Source of the DNA: Treponemataceae bacterium
GTDB taxonomy: Bacteria; Spirochaetota; Spirochaetia; Treponematales; Rectinemataceae
DNA: 64,000 nt
Assembly: GCA_963677895.2 (NCBI GenBank)
Contig: CAXXGJ010000018.1
Location: forward strand, 32,001-96,000
Direction of reading: 5' to 3'
A model generated the notes under the pieces. It was not told the DNA's origin. It saw only the letters and a list, made by a program, of their open reading frames with translations, and made no database searches. A program made the translations under genes and the position numbers. This document shows, piece after piece, positions 27,632-38,496 of the stretch; the first letter of the stretch is position 1, and every line of letters begins with the position of its first letter.

Positions 27632-28921
27632 TCATTCCCAGTCCAGGAGACGGCGCTGCCCCTGCAAGGCCCTGAGCTCGGTGAGGTCCTGGCTTACCTC
27701 GAGGGTTCCCTTATAGCTGCCTACATCGTCGTACAAGGCATAGTATTCGATGAGGATGAAGCGGCCGCCCATCTCTATCCAGAATCTGGCCTTGTCTTTT
27801 TCCTTGTTCTTGAACGAGGCGAGAATCTTGTTCACCGTATCGACCGATTTCTGCGGGTGGCAGTTCTGGACGGTTCGTCCTATGGCCGCGGGGCTCCGCG
27901 GGAAGAGCCTGTGCGGAGAATCGGAATAATAGAGCACCCTGTCGTTCTCGTCGACGATGCTGATGTCGACGGGCATCGTCTTTAGGGCGATGTCGAGCAG
28001 TTCCTTGGAGACGCGGCCGGTGGAGAGGTTCAGCAGGTCGGCAGGGAGGTCGCGAAGACCGGCGGTCGCCGAAGAGGGCAGGTCGGACGACGCCTCGGGC
28101 GTGGCTGTTGGCGTCGTTGTTGGCGCCACCGCCGCCGTCGCTGACGACGCTTCGGGCACCGCGTTCGCCATCACCAGACCGGCATCGTAGAGCGAAGCCG
28201 GATGAATCCAGGCGAAGCCAATGGCTTCCTCCCCCTGACGGATCTCGGCCCATTCGCGGCTGGTAAGACGTCGCGTCGCTTCGGGAATAAGGATGTTTTC
28301 TTCCATGAAGATCATCTTCCTGATTTTTGAGGCCAGGGTCCTGGCCTGCGCGGAAAATTCGCCGGGCATCCTGTCCAGGGCTTGCCTGGCATCCTTGAAG
28401 AGCGCCCTGATCTCATCGTGCTTGCCCCACATCACGCGGGACGGGCCGGTGAAGCCCTGTTTTTCCAGATAAGGGAAGAGCTGATTTTCTTTCCTGGCGT
28501 AATGGATGATGATGGCCGAAAGATCGTCCAGCGCCTTCTGCGCCGTATCCCTGCTTCCGATTCCCCAGGTCCAGGATCTCGCCGCGGCCTTCAGCGCCGC
28601 GGCTTTCTTCTTCGCGAGCTTGTTTTCCTCGAGCATCGAATGAACGGGATGGCCGGCTATGCCGCTCGGCTTGTCGGCTTTGGCGAGCGAATTCTCGAAA
28701 ACCTGAACATGCACTTCGCAGAGCCTCTGGACTTCTTCGACGGGCATTCCTCCATCGATGAGGGATTGTTCCATGGCCGCCACCTCGGCGGCGCTCACCC
28801 CATGGATCAGTTTCGCGAATTCTTTTTTGACTTCGGAGACAGGGGTCCCTTCATGGAGCCTGCCTATTATTTTTTTCAGCTGTACTTGTCGCTCTGGATC
28901 GATGGTGACATATTCGCCCAT
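27632..28921 (-). CDS. DUF438 / hemerythrin-like / PAS domain protein
   Basis: LCEVH, GHPV...EN, HYARKENQLFP, VMWGKHD, MIFMEE, NCHP PAS motifs. Confidence 0.88.
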   Translation of the reverse strand: MGEYVTIDPERQVQLKKIIGRLHEGTPVSEVKKEFAKLIHGVSAAEVAAMEQSLIDGGMPVEEVQRLCEVHVQVFENSLAKADKPSGIAGHPVHSMLEENKLAKKKAAALKAAARSWTWGIGSRDTAQKALDDLSAIIIHYARKENQLFPYLEKQGFTGPSRVMWGKHDEIRALFKDARQALDRMPGEFSAQARTLASKIRKMIFMEENILIPEATRRLTSREWAEIRQGEEAIGFAWIHPASLYDAGLVMANAVPEASSATAAVAPTTTPTATPEASSDLPSSATAGLRDLPADLLNLSTGRVSKELLDIALKTMPVDISIVDENDRVLYYSDSPHRLFPRSPAAIGRTVQNCHPQKSVDTVNKILASFKNKEKDKARFWIEMGGRFILIEYYALYDDVGSYKGTLEVSQDLTELRALQGQRRLLDWE

Positions 28922-29014
28922 TCTTCCCTCCCGCTATGCGAATAGTATAGACGATGGCGCGGAAGAAAGCTGTAACAGGTGTTACGGAACGTCGACTCTT
29001 TCCGAAGCTGAGGC

Positions 29015-29947
29015 TCAACGATTCGAGTCGGGTTTCGCGTCGGCCGCGGTGAGCCCGAACTTTTCATCTTCGACGTTTCCCAAGGGCTCGATGTGGACGA
29101 TGACATCGTATATGTCGGGGAGCGACTCCTTGATGGATTCCTCCACGTCGACCGCGATTTTATGGGCATCGCGCACGCTCATGCCGGGTTCCACTTCTAT
29201 GTCCAGGTCGACGATGAGCATCGAGCCGATGCGCCGCAGCCGCGCCCTATGAGGGTTGCCTGCCTCCGGCACCCTGGCTATGGCGGCGAAGAGTTCTTTG
29301 TACTGGCCATGGCTGTTAAGGCCGTCCATGAGTTCGGTATTGGCTTCCAGGAATATCTCCACGGCATTTTTGAGAATCCATAGCGATACGAGGGCAGCGA
29401 GAATCTTGTCCATGACCGGGATGCCGGTGATATAGGTCAGAACCAGCCCGACGAGGACGGCGGAGGAAGTCACCACATCGCCGCGCATGTTCTTGCCGTT
29501 GGCTATAAGCATGGCCGAGCCGCTTTTTTTGCCGTAGTAGAACTGGCTCCACGCGAGGGCGAGCTTTCCGATTATGGAGGCGATCGTCACCCATACGGCC
29601 ATCATCGAGGGCATGACGCTCACGGTTCCTCTCGCAATCTGGCCGATCGCGTTTATGAGAACCTGGGCGCCCGCGTAGAATACGATGAAGGAGATGAGGG
29701 CTGTGGCTATCGTCTCGATTCTTCCGTGGCCATAGGGATGTTCCCTGTCGCCGGGCTTGGCCGAAATCTTTCCGGCCACAAGGGTCATGGCGGCGATGAG
29801 GACGTCGGTGGCCGAATCGATGCCGTCCGAGAGCACGGCAAGGCTTCCCGAAACGCTGCCTATTACGATTTTCAGGCTGGCGAGAAGGCTGTTGCCTACG
29901 AGGGCGATCCAGCTCGCTTTGCGCAATGAAGCGCTTCTGCTGTTCAT
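29015..29947 (-). CDS. Cation diffusion facilitator family transporter
   Basis: SDGIDSATD, HPYGHGRIE, C-terminal dimerisation domain ending VIVHIEP. Confidence 0.92.
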   Translation of the reverse strand: MNSRSASLRKASWIALVGNSLLASLKIVIGSVSGSLAVLSDGIDSATDVLIAAMTLVAGKISAKPGDREHPYGHGRIETIATALISFIVFYAGAQVLINAIGQIARGTVSVMPSMMAVWVTIASIIGKLALAWSQFYYGKKSGSAMLIANGKNMRGDVVTSSAVLVGLVLTYITGIPVMDKILAALVSLWILKNAVEIFLEANTELMDGLNSHGQYKELFAAIARVPEAGNPHRARLRRIGSMLIVDLDIEVEPGMSVRDAHKIAVDVEESIKESLPDIYDVIVHIEPLGNVEDEKFGLTAADAKPDSNR

Positions 29948-29963
29948 AATGACTCCGCTTGTT

Positions 29964-31262
29964 TTAGAGGGACTCCAGAATCCCGTCGGCCGCGCGCAGG
30001 CCTGAAGCCCAGGCCGCGGTTATCCCTCGGCTCGTGCCCGCGCCGTCGCCCACGAGGTAAAGACCTTCGGCCGCCCTGAAATGGTTGTCGTCGAAGGCGG
30101 GACGATTCGCGTAGAGCTTGATTTCGGGATAATACATGATGGTGCTCGGGTGGAGGAGGCCGGGGACGATCGAATCGAGCAGCTTCATCCCGTTCCATAG
30201 CGCGTTGAGAATCTTGGCCGGCGCCGAGAGGCCTATATCGCCGGGGGTGCATGAGGGCAAAGTCGGCTCGAAATCGTAGAGGTCTCCCGAGAAGGATTCG
30301 GCGAATGAACGCTTGCCGAGCCTGAAGTCGCCGATCCTCTGCATTATCGGCCTGCCGCCGCCGAGAAGGGCGGCCTGCATGCCCAGCATCCTTGCGTAGG
30401 CTTGGCCCGACGCGAGAGGCGCGGTGAGAGTGACTGTCTTCAGGATCGCGAAGTTGGTGAGACCGTTTTCGGGGCGGGACGATGACCAGGCATGGCCGTT
30501 CACCGAATACCAGACGCCCGATTCCTGGTCGCCGTACTTTTCCTGCACTACATAGGCCGATCGCGAATTGGTGCAGAAGGTCCTTGTCTTTTTCGGGAAA
30601 AGGAACTTGGGATCGTAGTAATCCCTCACGATGGGATAGCGTTCTTCCTTCGTCTCCACCCGCACGCCAATATCGACGACGTTGTCGCGATAGGATATGC
30701 CGGCGCCGTTCATCATCTGCTGGAGGAAGGCGAAGCCTCCGCGCCCCGGCGCGATGATGAGGTTCTTGTAGGCTATTTCCCTTTTGTCCGTGGTTACGAT
30801 TTTGCGCTCGGCGTCGAGGCTCAGCATTTTTTCGCCCAGGGAAATCTCGGCGCCGAGCTTTCCGAGGCGGGCGACGAGCGTCTTTATCAATTCGAGGCCG
30901 CCGTCGGTTCCCAGGTGGGACTGTCGGATTTCCAGGAGCTTGACGCCCAGTTTTTCGGCCCTGTGAAAATAGACGCCGACGTTCTTCTTGTCCATGATGT
31001 CGGGAAGGAGGAAGTCTTCGACCCTGCGCAGATAATATTCGGCCAGTTCCCTGTTCCAGCAGACTTCGGGAAAACCGATGGGCCAGGAGAAGTTCATTTT
31101 GCAGTCGTTGCGCAATCCGCCGGAGGATACTTCGTTTTTGTCCAGGATGAGGAGGGATAGGTCGGATTTGCCGACCTTGGGCCCGTGATCCTCGAGAAGG
31201 CCAAATGCCGCCCCCAGGCCGGCGGGACCCGTGCCAATTATCAGTACGTCGACTTTATTCAT
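29964..31262 (-). CDS. NAD(P)/FAD-dependent oxidoreductase
   Basis: IIGTGPAG, HLGTD, APGRGG, RTFCTN, VNGH, GDGAG.SRGI..A.ASG. Confidence 0.85.
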   Translation of the reverse strand: MNKVDVLIIGTGPAGLGAAFGLLEDHGPKVGKSDLSLLILDKNEVSSGGLRNDCKMNFSWPIGFPEVCWNRELAEYYLRRVEDFLLPDIMDKKNVGVYFHRAEKLGVKLLEIRQSHLGTDGGLELIKTLVARLGKLGAEISLGEKMLSLDAERKIVTTDKREIAYKNLIIAPGRGGFAFLQQMMNGAGISYRDNVVDIGVRVETKEERYPIVRDYYDPKFLFPKKTRTFCTNSRSAYVVQEKYGDQESGVWYSVNGHAWSSSRPENGLTNFAILKTVTLTAPLASGQAYARMLGMQAALLGGGRPIMQRIGDFRLGKRSFAESFSGDLYDFEPTLPSCTPGDIGLSAPAKILNALWNGMKLLDSIVPGLLHPSTIMYYPEIKLYANRPAFDDNHFRAAEGLYLVGDGAGTSRGITAAWASGLRAADGILESL

Positions 31263-32314
31263 CGTTTTGCCAGGTATTTCCTTATGTCTACGGCGACAGC
31301 CGCTATGATGATAGCGCCTTTGATGATTTGCTGCCAGTAGGGGTTCATGTTGATGAAGGTGAGTCCATAGGAAATGATGCTGAAGATGAGGACGCCTATG
31401 ACCATGCCCGGAACCGTGCCGATGCCTCCCGAGGTCGATACGCCGCCGACGACGCAGGCCGCGATGGCGTCCAGCTCATAGCCATTGCCGTAGTTGTTCG
31501 TGGCGCCGCCCGTCCTCGCCGCCTCGAGCGTTCCCGCGAGCCCGTAGAGGGCGCCCGCTATCGCGTAGATGGTGATGAGGTTCTTCTGGACCGGAACGCC
31601 AGAGACCTTGGCCGCCTCGGGGTTGCCGCCGATGGCGTAAACGTTCTTGCCGAATCTCGTCTTGTTGTGGAGCACCCACACGATCGCCGCTATGATCAGG
31701 GCGATAATGACGATGTAGGGTATCGAATAGGTACCGTCGAATCCGACATAGCCCGAGCCCAGGGTGGTGAGATCCTTGCGCAGGCCTCCGATGGGCTGGG
31801 CGCCGTAGGGCGGCCTGTCGAAGTAAATCGAGGTTATTCCGTAGGTCGCCACCATGGTGCCGAGGGTCGCGATGAAGGGAGGGACCTTGAGGTAGGCGAT
31901 GATCGTCCCGTTGACAAGACCGACGACGGTGCAGACCGCGATCGCGATGAGGATGGGTATCCAGATGGGAAGCTCGGGCATGGTGGGATACATGCGCCGC
32001 GGGTAGCTCATGAACTGCAGCATCGAAGAGGATACGACGGCAGCGAGCCCGACCTGGCGGCCAGCGGAGAGGTCGGTGCCGCCCGTGATGAGGACGCCGC
32101 CGATCCCCATGGCGATGATGATTCTCGTGGCCGACATCGAAAGGATGTTCCTCAGGTTCTGCAGGGAAAGAAAAGACGGCTGCTTGATGGAAATCGCGAC
32201 GACGAGCGCCAGGAAAACGAGATAGATCGCGTATTTTATGGAAAAATCCTTGATAGCCTTCTGTCTTGCCATGGACCGGATCTGTGCATCTTCCGGATTC
32301 TTTTTTTCAGCCAT
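31259..32314 (-). CDS. mglC: Galactoside ABC transporter permease
   Basis: GTDLSAGRQVG, PPFIATLG, YAIGGN.EAA, YELDAIAACVVGGVS. Confidence 0.9.
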   Translation of the reverse strand: MAEKKNPEDAQIRSMARQKAIKDFSIKYAIYLVFLALVVAISIKQPSFLSLQNLRNILSMSATRIIIAMGIGGVLITGGTDLSAGRQVGLAAVVSSSMLQFMSYPRRMYPTMPELPIWIPILIAIAVCTVVGLVNGTIIAYLKVPPFIATLGTMVATYGITSIYFDRPPYGAQPIGGLRKDLTTLGSGYVGFDGTYSIPYIVIIALIIAAIVWVLHNKTRFGKNVYAIGGNPEAAKVSGVPVQKNLITIYAIAGALYGLAGTLEAARTGGATNNYGNGYELDAIAACVVGGVSTSGGIGTVPGMVIGVLIFSIISYGLTFINMNPYWQQIIKGAIIIAAVAVDIRKYLAKR

Positions 32315-32325
32315 ACTTTCTCTCC

Positions 32326-33839
32326 TCAGATAAACTGCGCTGCAAGCCGCATGATGCTTTCCTGATCCGCGGATTTCCGTCGAGGATCCCGGTGAGCCTT
32401 CCGTCGCACATGACCATGATCCTGTCCGACATGCCCAGAAGCTCCGGCATTTCGGAGGAAATCATGATGATGCTTTTGCCGTTCGCGGCGAGATCCGCGA
32501 TGATGGAATGGATTTCATATTTCGCGCCCACGTCTATGCCCCGCGTGGGTTCATCCAGGATGAGGATGTCCGGCTCGGTGAGCAGCCAGCGGGCGAAAAG
32601 GACTTTCTGCTGGTTGCCGCCCGAAAGGTCCTTTATCCTGGTCTTGGACGAAGGCGTTTTCACCCTCAGCTGGTCGATGCTCTTGTCGACGTCGATGCCG
32701 CAGCGTTCCTCGTCGAGAAGGCCTAGCTTGCCGACATAGCGGGGAAGATTGGCGAGAATCGTATTGTCCAGCACTGAAAGCATGGGGACGATGCCCGTCA
32801 CGCGGCGCTCTTCGGTGAGAAGGGCCATGCGTTTGGATATGGCGCTCTGGGATGAGCTGATGACGACGGGTTTGCCGTTCAGCTCGATGCTGCCCGATTC
32901 GATCGGTCTCAGGCCGAAGATGGACTCGACGAGCTCCGTGCGCTTGGCGCCGACCAGGCCGCCGATGCCGAGTATCTCGCCCTTGTGCAGGTCGAAGGAT
33001 ATGGATTTGAACGACTTGGTCTCGGCGGAAGTCAGGTTGCTGACTTTCAGGACGACGTCGCCCGGCTTGTTGTTTCGCGGCGGGAAACGGTGCGTGAGAT
33101 CGCGGCCGACCATTTTCGAGATGATCAAGTCCATTGTCAGGTCTTTCGCCTGATAGGTTCCCACATATTTTCCGTCCCGCATTATCGATACATCGTCCGA
33201 AATTTCGAGGATCTCTTCCATTTTATGCGAGATGTAGATGATGGCCACGCCTTTCTGCCTTAGGTCGCGGATGATCCTGAATAGCTGCGATACCTCGTTC
33301 TGGGTGAGCGACGAGGTGGGCTCATCCATGATGATGACGCGCGAGTTGTTGGAGACCGCTTTGGCTATCTCAAGCATCTGGATTTGCGATACCGAAAGAT
33401 TGCGGACCCAGGTTTTTGGATCGATGTTCATGCCGAGGGACGTGAAAATCGACCGCGTCTCCTCGAGCATCTTTTTGTGGTCGACGAAGGTGAAGGGGCC
33501 GATTCGCTTCACCGGCAAGCGGCCCAGCCAGAGGTTTTCCGTCACCGGCCTGAAAGGAACGGGAAGGAGTTCCTGGTGGATCATGGATATGCCGGCGTCC
33601 AGCGCCTGACGGGAGGAGGCGAAGTTGACCTTCTTTCCGTCCAACAGGACATCCCCCTCATCGGGGACATAGATGCCGAAAAGGCATTTCATGAGCGTGG
33701 ATTTGCCGGCCCCGTTTTCTCCCATTAAAGCGTGAACGGTGCCAGGCCTTATCTTGATGCTCACATCGTCAAGAGCTTTGACACCCGGGAAACTTTTGGA
33801 AATGTGGTTCATCTCCAGGACGTATTCAACGTCGCCCAT
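32326..33839 (-). CDS. mglA: Galactoside ABC transporter ATPase (1-bp deletion near 3' end)
   Basis: Two NBDs (GENGAGKS, LSGGNQQK, DEPTRGIDVGAK). Adding one A at ~32374-32376 restores the tail DGKSADQESIMRLAAQFI* with stop at 32326. Confidence 0.9.
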
Positions 33840-33919
33840 GAGATGCCTCCCTTCTTGCGCGATTAAAAAAAAGAGGGTGCATGTCATTATACATACACTC
33901 TTTCCCTGCGATCCTGACA

Positions 33920-33959
33920 GGCGCGGCCATGCCCTCCCTGAGGAAAGCATGGCCGCGCC
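33920..33959. terminator. 13-bp hairpin after mglB (mRNA stability or termination)
   Basis: GGCGCGGCCATGC...GCATGGCCGCGCC. Confidence 0.55.
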
Positions 33960-33988
33960 ATCCGTTCACCTGAATTCAGGATATGGAC

Positions 33989-34984
33989 TCATTTGAACTG
34001 GGTGTAATTTTCCTTCGTGACTTTCTGGTAGGGAACCCATACATATTTGGCGTCGGAAATCGTCCAGCCGGTCTTGGCGAGATCTTCGTTCTTGGCGAGG
34101 GCGTAGGCCAGGTCGAAGGTGGCTTTGCCCTGGTTCTTCGCGTCGTTGAGGACGGTGCCGAGAAGGGTGCCTTCCTCAACAGCCTGAAGGGCGGGGGCGG
34201 TGGCATCGACGCCGACGACCACGATCTGCTTGGTTCCGGTGAAGTAGCCGTCCGACTTGAGAGCTTCGATGGCGCCGAGAGCCATATCGTCGTTGTTGCA
34301 GAAGACGACTTCGATCTTGTCGCCGTAGGCGGCCAGGAAAGCCTTCATCTTCTCGAAGGCTTTCGGGCGGTCCCAGTAGGCGGTGTCTTCGGCGAGCTTC
34401 TCGACCTGAAGGCCGGCGTCGGTCACTGCCTGGATGGAGAACTGGGTGCGGAGTTCCGCGTCCTGATGTCCGGGCTCACCCTTGAGCATGATGTACTGGA
34501 TGATCCCGTCCTTGTTCTTGTCGGCGGCGGGATTGGCTTTCCAATAGTCGACGACGATCTGGCCCTGCATGGTTCCCGACTGCTCGGCCTTGGCGCCGAC
34601 ATAGTACACCTTGTCCCAGGACTGCATATCTTCGGGCATCGGCTCGCGGTTGAAGAACACGACGGGGGTCTTCTTGGCCTTGGCTTTGGCGATGATGGCG
34701 GCGGCGGCCGTGCGGTCGACCGGGTTGATGGCGATCGCTTTCATTTTCTTGGAGAGGAACGCGTCCACCTGGTCATTCTGCGTGGGCTGGGCGTTCTGGC
34801 TGTCCACGACTTCGACTTCCGCTTTGTCCTTGGCGTTTTCGGTGATGGCGTTGCGGACATAGGACATGAATGTGTCATCGAACTTGTAGATCGCGACACC
34901 AATCTTGGGTTTTCCACTTGCAGAGCCGCCGCAGCTGGCGAGTAAGACTGCAAGTACGGCAAAGGCGACGAGAAGTTTTTTCAT
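33989..34984 (-). CDS. mglB: Galactose/glucose-binding lipoprotein
   Basis: Lipobox LASC; IYKFDDTFM, DSQN, INPVD, KGEPGHQDAE.RT, NND.MALGA. Confidence 0.92.
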   Translation of the reverse strand: MKKLLVAFAVLAVLLASCGGSASGKPKIGVAIYKFDDTFMSYVRNAITENAKDKAEVEVVDSQNAQPTQNDQVDAFLSKKMKAIAINPVDRTAAAAIIAKAKAKKTPVVFFNREPMPEDMQSWDKVYYVGAKAEQSGTMQGQIVVDYWKANPAADKNKDGIIQYIMLKGEPGHQDAELRTQFSIQAVTDAGLQVEKLAEDTAYWDRPKAFEKMKAFLAAYGDKIEVVFCNNDDMALGAIEALKSDGYFTGTKQIVVVGVDATAPALQAVEEGTLLGTVLNDAKNQGKATFDLAYALAKNEDLAKTGWTISDAKYVWVPYQKVTKENYTQFK

Positions 34985-35195
34985 CTTCTTCCTCCTGTGA
35001 ACTTTGTGCATTTACAAATGCACGCCAAAAAGTTTATCGGTTAACCACTTTTGTGTCCATATCCCATCCCTGTCAAACTGGCCGGAAAGTTGATTCTATA
35101 TGGTGGAATAAAATTGACAGCACCCGTAACTGGCTCTAATATCTGAGACGTCCACTCAGGATTAGAGAGGGACGAGAGAAATTAGGAGGATTGTA

Positions 35196-36341
35196 ATGAA
35201 GCGAATCGGTATTGCTGCACTTGCAATCGCGGTACTTGCCCTGCTTTTCGCCTGCGGGCCCGCGGCCCCGAAAACAGTCAAGTTCGGCGTGTTCGAGCCT
35301 CTGACCGGCGCCAATGCCGGCGGCGGCGCGCTGGAAGTCGAAGGCGTCAAGCTGGCCAACGAACTGTATCCCACGGTTAAGGTGGGCGACAAGGAATACA
35401 AGATCGAACTTGTGATCTCCGACAACAAATCGGACAAGGTCGAAGCCGCCAACGCGGCCCAGCGCCTCGTCGACAAGGATAAGGTCCATGTGGTCCTCGG
35501 ATCCTGGGGATCCTCGCTCTCCATGGCGGCCGGTCCCATCGTGAAACAGGCCAAGACCCCGGCGATCGGACTCTCCTGCACGAACCCCCTCGTCACCAAG
35601 GGCAATGAATACTACTTCCGCGTCTGCTTCCTCGATCCCTTCCAGGGCACCGTCATGGCCAACTACGCTTTCAAGGAAGCCAAAGCCAAGAAGGCCGTCA
35701 TCATCCGCGAAGTGTCGAACGACTACTCCGTCGGCCTCGCGAAATTCTTCGCCGACGCCTTCGAGCTGCTCACCGGCGACACCTCGTCCATTCTCGCCGA
35801 GCTCAACTACAACACCGGCGACACGGATTTCTCCGCCGCCCTCACCGAGATCAAGAAATTCAAGCCCGACGTCATTTTCGCCCCCGGCAACTTCACCGAG
35901 AGCGCGCTCATCGTGAAACAGGCCCGCGAACTGGGCATCACCACTCCCTTCCTCGGCGGCGACACTTGGGAAACCCCCGAGTTCCTCGACGTGGGCAAGG
36001 CAGCCGTCGAAGGCGTAGTCTTCTCGACCTTCTTCGCCACCGAAGTCCCCATCACCGAAACGTCCAAGGTATTCCTTGACGAGTATCGCAAGAAGTACAA
36101 CAAAGAACCCGCCGCGGTCACCGCGCTCGGATTCGACGGTTACCTCGTGGCTCGCGCCGCAATCGAAAAAGCCGGCAGCCTCGACAGGACGAAGATTCGC
36201 GATGCCATCGCCGTGACCAAGGATTTCCCCGGCGCGGCAGGCTTTATCACCCTCGATGCCGAAGGCGACGCCGTGAAGAGCGCCGTCATCAAGACGGTCA
36301 AAGACGGTAAATTCTCGTATCTGACGACTGTACAGCCCTAA
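35196..36341 (+). CDS. Branched-chain amino acid ABC substrate-binding lipoprotein (LivJ/LivK-like)
   Basis: Lipobox LFAC; PLTG, FRVCF.D.FQG, DFSA.LT.IK. Confidence 0.9.
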   Translation: MKRIGIAALAIAVLALLFACGPAAPKTVKFGVFEPLTGANAGGGALEVEGVKLANELYPTVKVGDKEYKIELVISDNKSDKVEAANAAQRLVDKDKVHVVLGSWGSSLSMAAGPIVKQAKTPAIGLSCTNPLVTKGNEYYFRVCFLDPFQGTVMANYAFKEAKAKKAVIIREVSNDYSVGLAKFFADAFELLTGDTSSILAELNYNTGDTDFSAALTEIKKFKPDVIFAPGNFTESALIVKQARELGITTPFLGGDTWETPEFLDVGKAAVEGVVFSTFFATEVPITETSKVFLDEYRKKYNKEPAAVTALGFDGYLVARAAIEKAGSLDRTKIRDAIAVTKDFPGAAGFITLDAEGDAVKSAVIKTVKDGKFSYLTTVQP

Positions 36342-36355
36342 GACGGCTTTCTCGG

Positions 36356-36390
36356 GATCGGCGGACGGGGCGTGGCCCCGTCCGCCGATC
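36356..36390 (+). terminator. 16-bp perfect hairpin after the binding-protein gene, no U tract (likely mRNA stabiliser)
   Basis: GATCGGCGGACGGGGC-GTG-GCCCCGTCCGCCGATC. Confidence 0.6.
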
Positions 36391-36498
36391 TAGCTTCATA
36401 CTTCGACAAAAGCCAGGTTGAAACGCGCTCGGCGAAAGCCGGCAGGGAATGTCCGGCTATCGCCGAGTCTCTTCGCGCTCAACCGGAATCGAGGACGA

Positions 36499-37392
36499 AT
36501 GACCCTCGCACTATTTCTGCAGCACATCGCCAATGCCCTGTCGCTTGGCAGCCTTTACGCGCTCATCGCCATCGGCTACACGATGGTGTATGGAATTCTG
36601 CGTCTCATCAATTTCGCCCATGGCGATGTCTTCATGTTGGGAGCCTACATCGCCTTTTACGGGACGGCGCTGCTTCACCTTCCTTGGTGGGCTTCCCTCG
36701 TCCTGGCGATTCTATGCACCTCCCTCTTCGGGATAGGCCTGGAAAAAATCGCCTACAGGCCCCTGCGGGACTCCCCGAAAATCTCTATCATGATCAGCGC
36801 CATCGGCGCCTCCTACCTCATTGAAAATCTCGCCGTCCTCCTCTTCGGCGGAAGGCCCAAGGGCGTTGAAGTGCCCGATATCCTGGGAAAGGTAATCTCC
36901 TTCGGATCGGTGTCCATCGTCACGGTGAGCCTCGTCATCCCCGTGTTCACCTTCGCCCTTCTCGCCATTCTTCTCTGGATCGTCAACAGGACGAAGACGG
37001 GCATGGCCATGCGGGCCGTATCCACCGATGTCGAGGCGGCGCGCCTCATGGCCATCGACGTCAACGGGATCGTCTCCATCACCTTCGGGATAGGCTCCCT
37101 CCTCGCGGCTTTCGGGGGCATCCTTTGGTCCTTCAAGTATCCCCAGCTCAACCCGCTCATGGGCGTGCTGCCGGGCTTGAAATGTTTCATCGCCGCCGTC
37201 ATCGGCGGGATTGGGAGCATCAGCGGGGCGGTGCTGGGAGGCTTTCTCCTCGGCCTCATCGAGATCATGACGGTCGCTCTCCTGCCCACCTTGTCGGGCT
37301 ACCGCGACGCCTTCGCTTTCGTCCTCCTCATCGTGGTGCTGATCGTGAAGCCCACGGGCCTGCTGGGAAAACGGCAGGCGGAGAAGGTGTAA
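36499..37392 (+). CDS. livH: Branched-chain amino acid ABC permease
   Basis: GSLYALIAIGYTMVYGIL.LINFAHG; GAGGA SD before ATG 36499. Confidence 0.92.
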   Translation: MTLALFLQHIANALSLGSLYALIAIGYTMVYGILRLINFAHGDVFMLGAYIAFYGTALLHLPWWASLVLAILCTSLFGIGLEKIAYRPLRDSPKISIMISAIGASYLIENLAVLLFGGRPKGVEVPDILGKVISFGSVSIVTVSLVIPVFTFALLAILLWIVNRTKTGMAMRAVSTDVEAARLMAIDVNGIVSITFGIGSLLAAFGGILWSFKYPQLNPLMGVLPGLKCFIAAVIGGIGSISGAVLGGFLLGLIEIMTVALLPTLSGYRDAFAFVLLIVVLIVKPTGLLGKRQAEKV

Positions 37393-37395
37393 ATC

Positions 37396-38496
37396 ATGAA
37401 ATTGACGAAAAACTACACATATAGCCTGATCGCCATCGCCGTTTTCGCCCTCTTCCTGGTGGTGGCCAACACGTTCTTCGACGCTTTTACCCTGAGAGTC
37501 ATAAATCTCTGCGCGATCTACATCATCCTGGCGCTTTCGCTCAACCTTTTGAATGGCTTCACGGGGTTGTTCTCCCTGGGGCATTCGGGGTTCATGGCGG
37601 TGGGAGCCTACGTGTGCGCGCTGCTCACGATGTCGCCCGAACTCAAGGAAATGAACTTCTTTCTCGTGCCCATCATTCCCGCGCTCAAGAACCTTACGCT
37701 TCCCTTCATACCGGCGCTGATCTTCGGCGGATTGGCCGCGGCCTTCGTGGGGTTCCTGATCGGCGCCCCCGTCCTCAGGCTCAAGGACGACTACCTCGCC
37801 ATCGCGACGCTGGGTTTTTCCGAGATCATCAGGGTACTGATCACGAACGCCCAGACGATTACCAACGGAGCTCAGGGACTCAAGGGGCTGCCGCGCTACG
37901 CCTCGACCTACGCCGTATGGATCACCGCCGCTCTCGTCACGCTCTTCATGGCGCTTCTCATGCGTTCGAGCTATGGCCGAGCGATGAAAGCGGTGCGCGA
38001 CGACGAGTTGGCCGCCGAGACGATGGGCGTCAACGTGTTCAGGGTGAAGGTGACATCCTTCACGGTTTCGAGCTTCATCGCCGGCGTGGGAGGAGCCCTT
38101 CTCGGCCACATGATCACGACCATTGACCCCAAGATGTTCACCTTCCTCCTCACCTTCAACATCCTTCTGATCGTGGTGCTGGGCGGCACCGGCTCCATTT
38201 CCGGATCGGTCATCGCGGCCATCGTCGTCACCATCCTGATGGAAGCCCTCCGCTTCCTCGACGAACCGATGAATCTGCTGTTATTCAAGACCCAGGGCCT
38301 GCCGGGCCTGCGCATGGTCGTCTTTTCGGCGATGCTGATGCTCGTCGTCATATTCCGCCAAAGCGGGCTCATGGGAAACAAGGAATTTTCTTGGGACATG
38401 CTCAGAAACGCGGGCGCGGTCTTCTCCCGTTTGGGAAAGAACAAGGGTTCGCCCGGGGCAGGCCGACGCGGCTCCAGAGGAGGCCGCGATGCCTGA
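37396..38496 (+). CDS. livM: Branched-chain amino acid ABC permease
   Basis: G.FSLGH.GF, LRLK.DYLAIATLGF.EI, VLGG.GS. Confidence 0.92.
   Translation: MKLTKNYTYSLIAIAVFALFLVVANTFFDAFTLRVINLCAIYIILALSLNLLNGFTGLFSLGHSGFMAVGAYVCALLTMSPELKEMNFFLVPIIPALKNLTLPFIPALIFGGLAAAFVGFLIGAPVLRLKDDYLAIATLGFSEIIRVLITNAQTITNGAQGLKGLPRYASTYAVWITAALVTLFMALLMRSSYGRAMKAVRDDELAAETMGVNVFRVKVTSFTVSSFIAGVGGALLGHMITTIDPKMFTFLLTFNILLIVVLGGTGSISGSVIAAIVVTILMEALRFLDEPMNLLLFKTQGLPGLRMVVFSAMLMLVVIFRQSGLMGNKEFSWDMLRNAGAVFSRLGKNKGSPGAGRRGSRGGRDA

Noticed and set aside
36712..38109. Long antisense ORFs (also 62074-63729, 45910-47262, 49985-51415, 15534-16799, 8305-9474)
   Set aside because: Shadow frames of well-supported genes, expected from codon bias; no motifs of their own.
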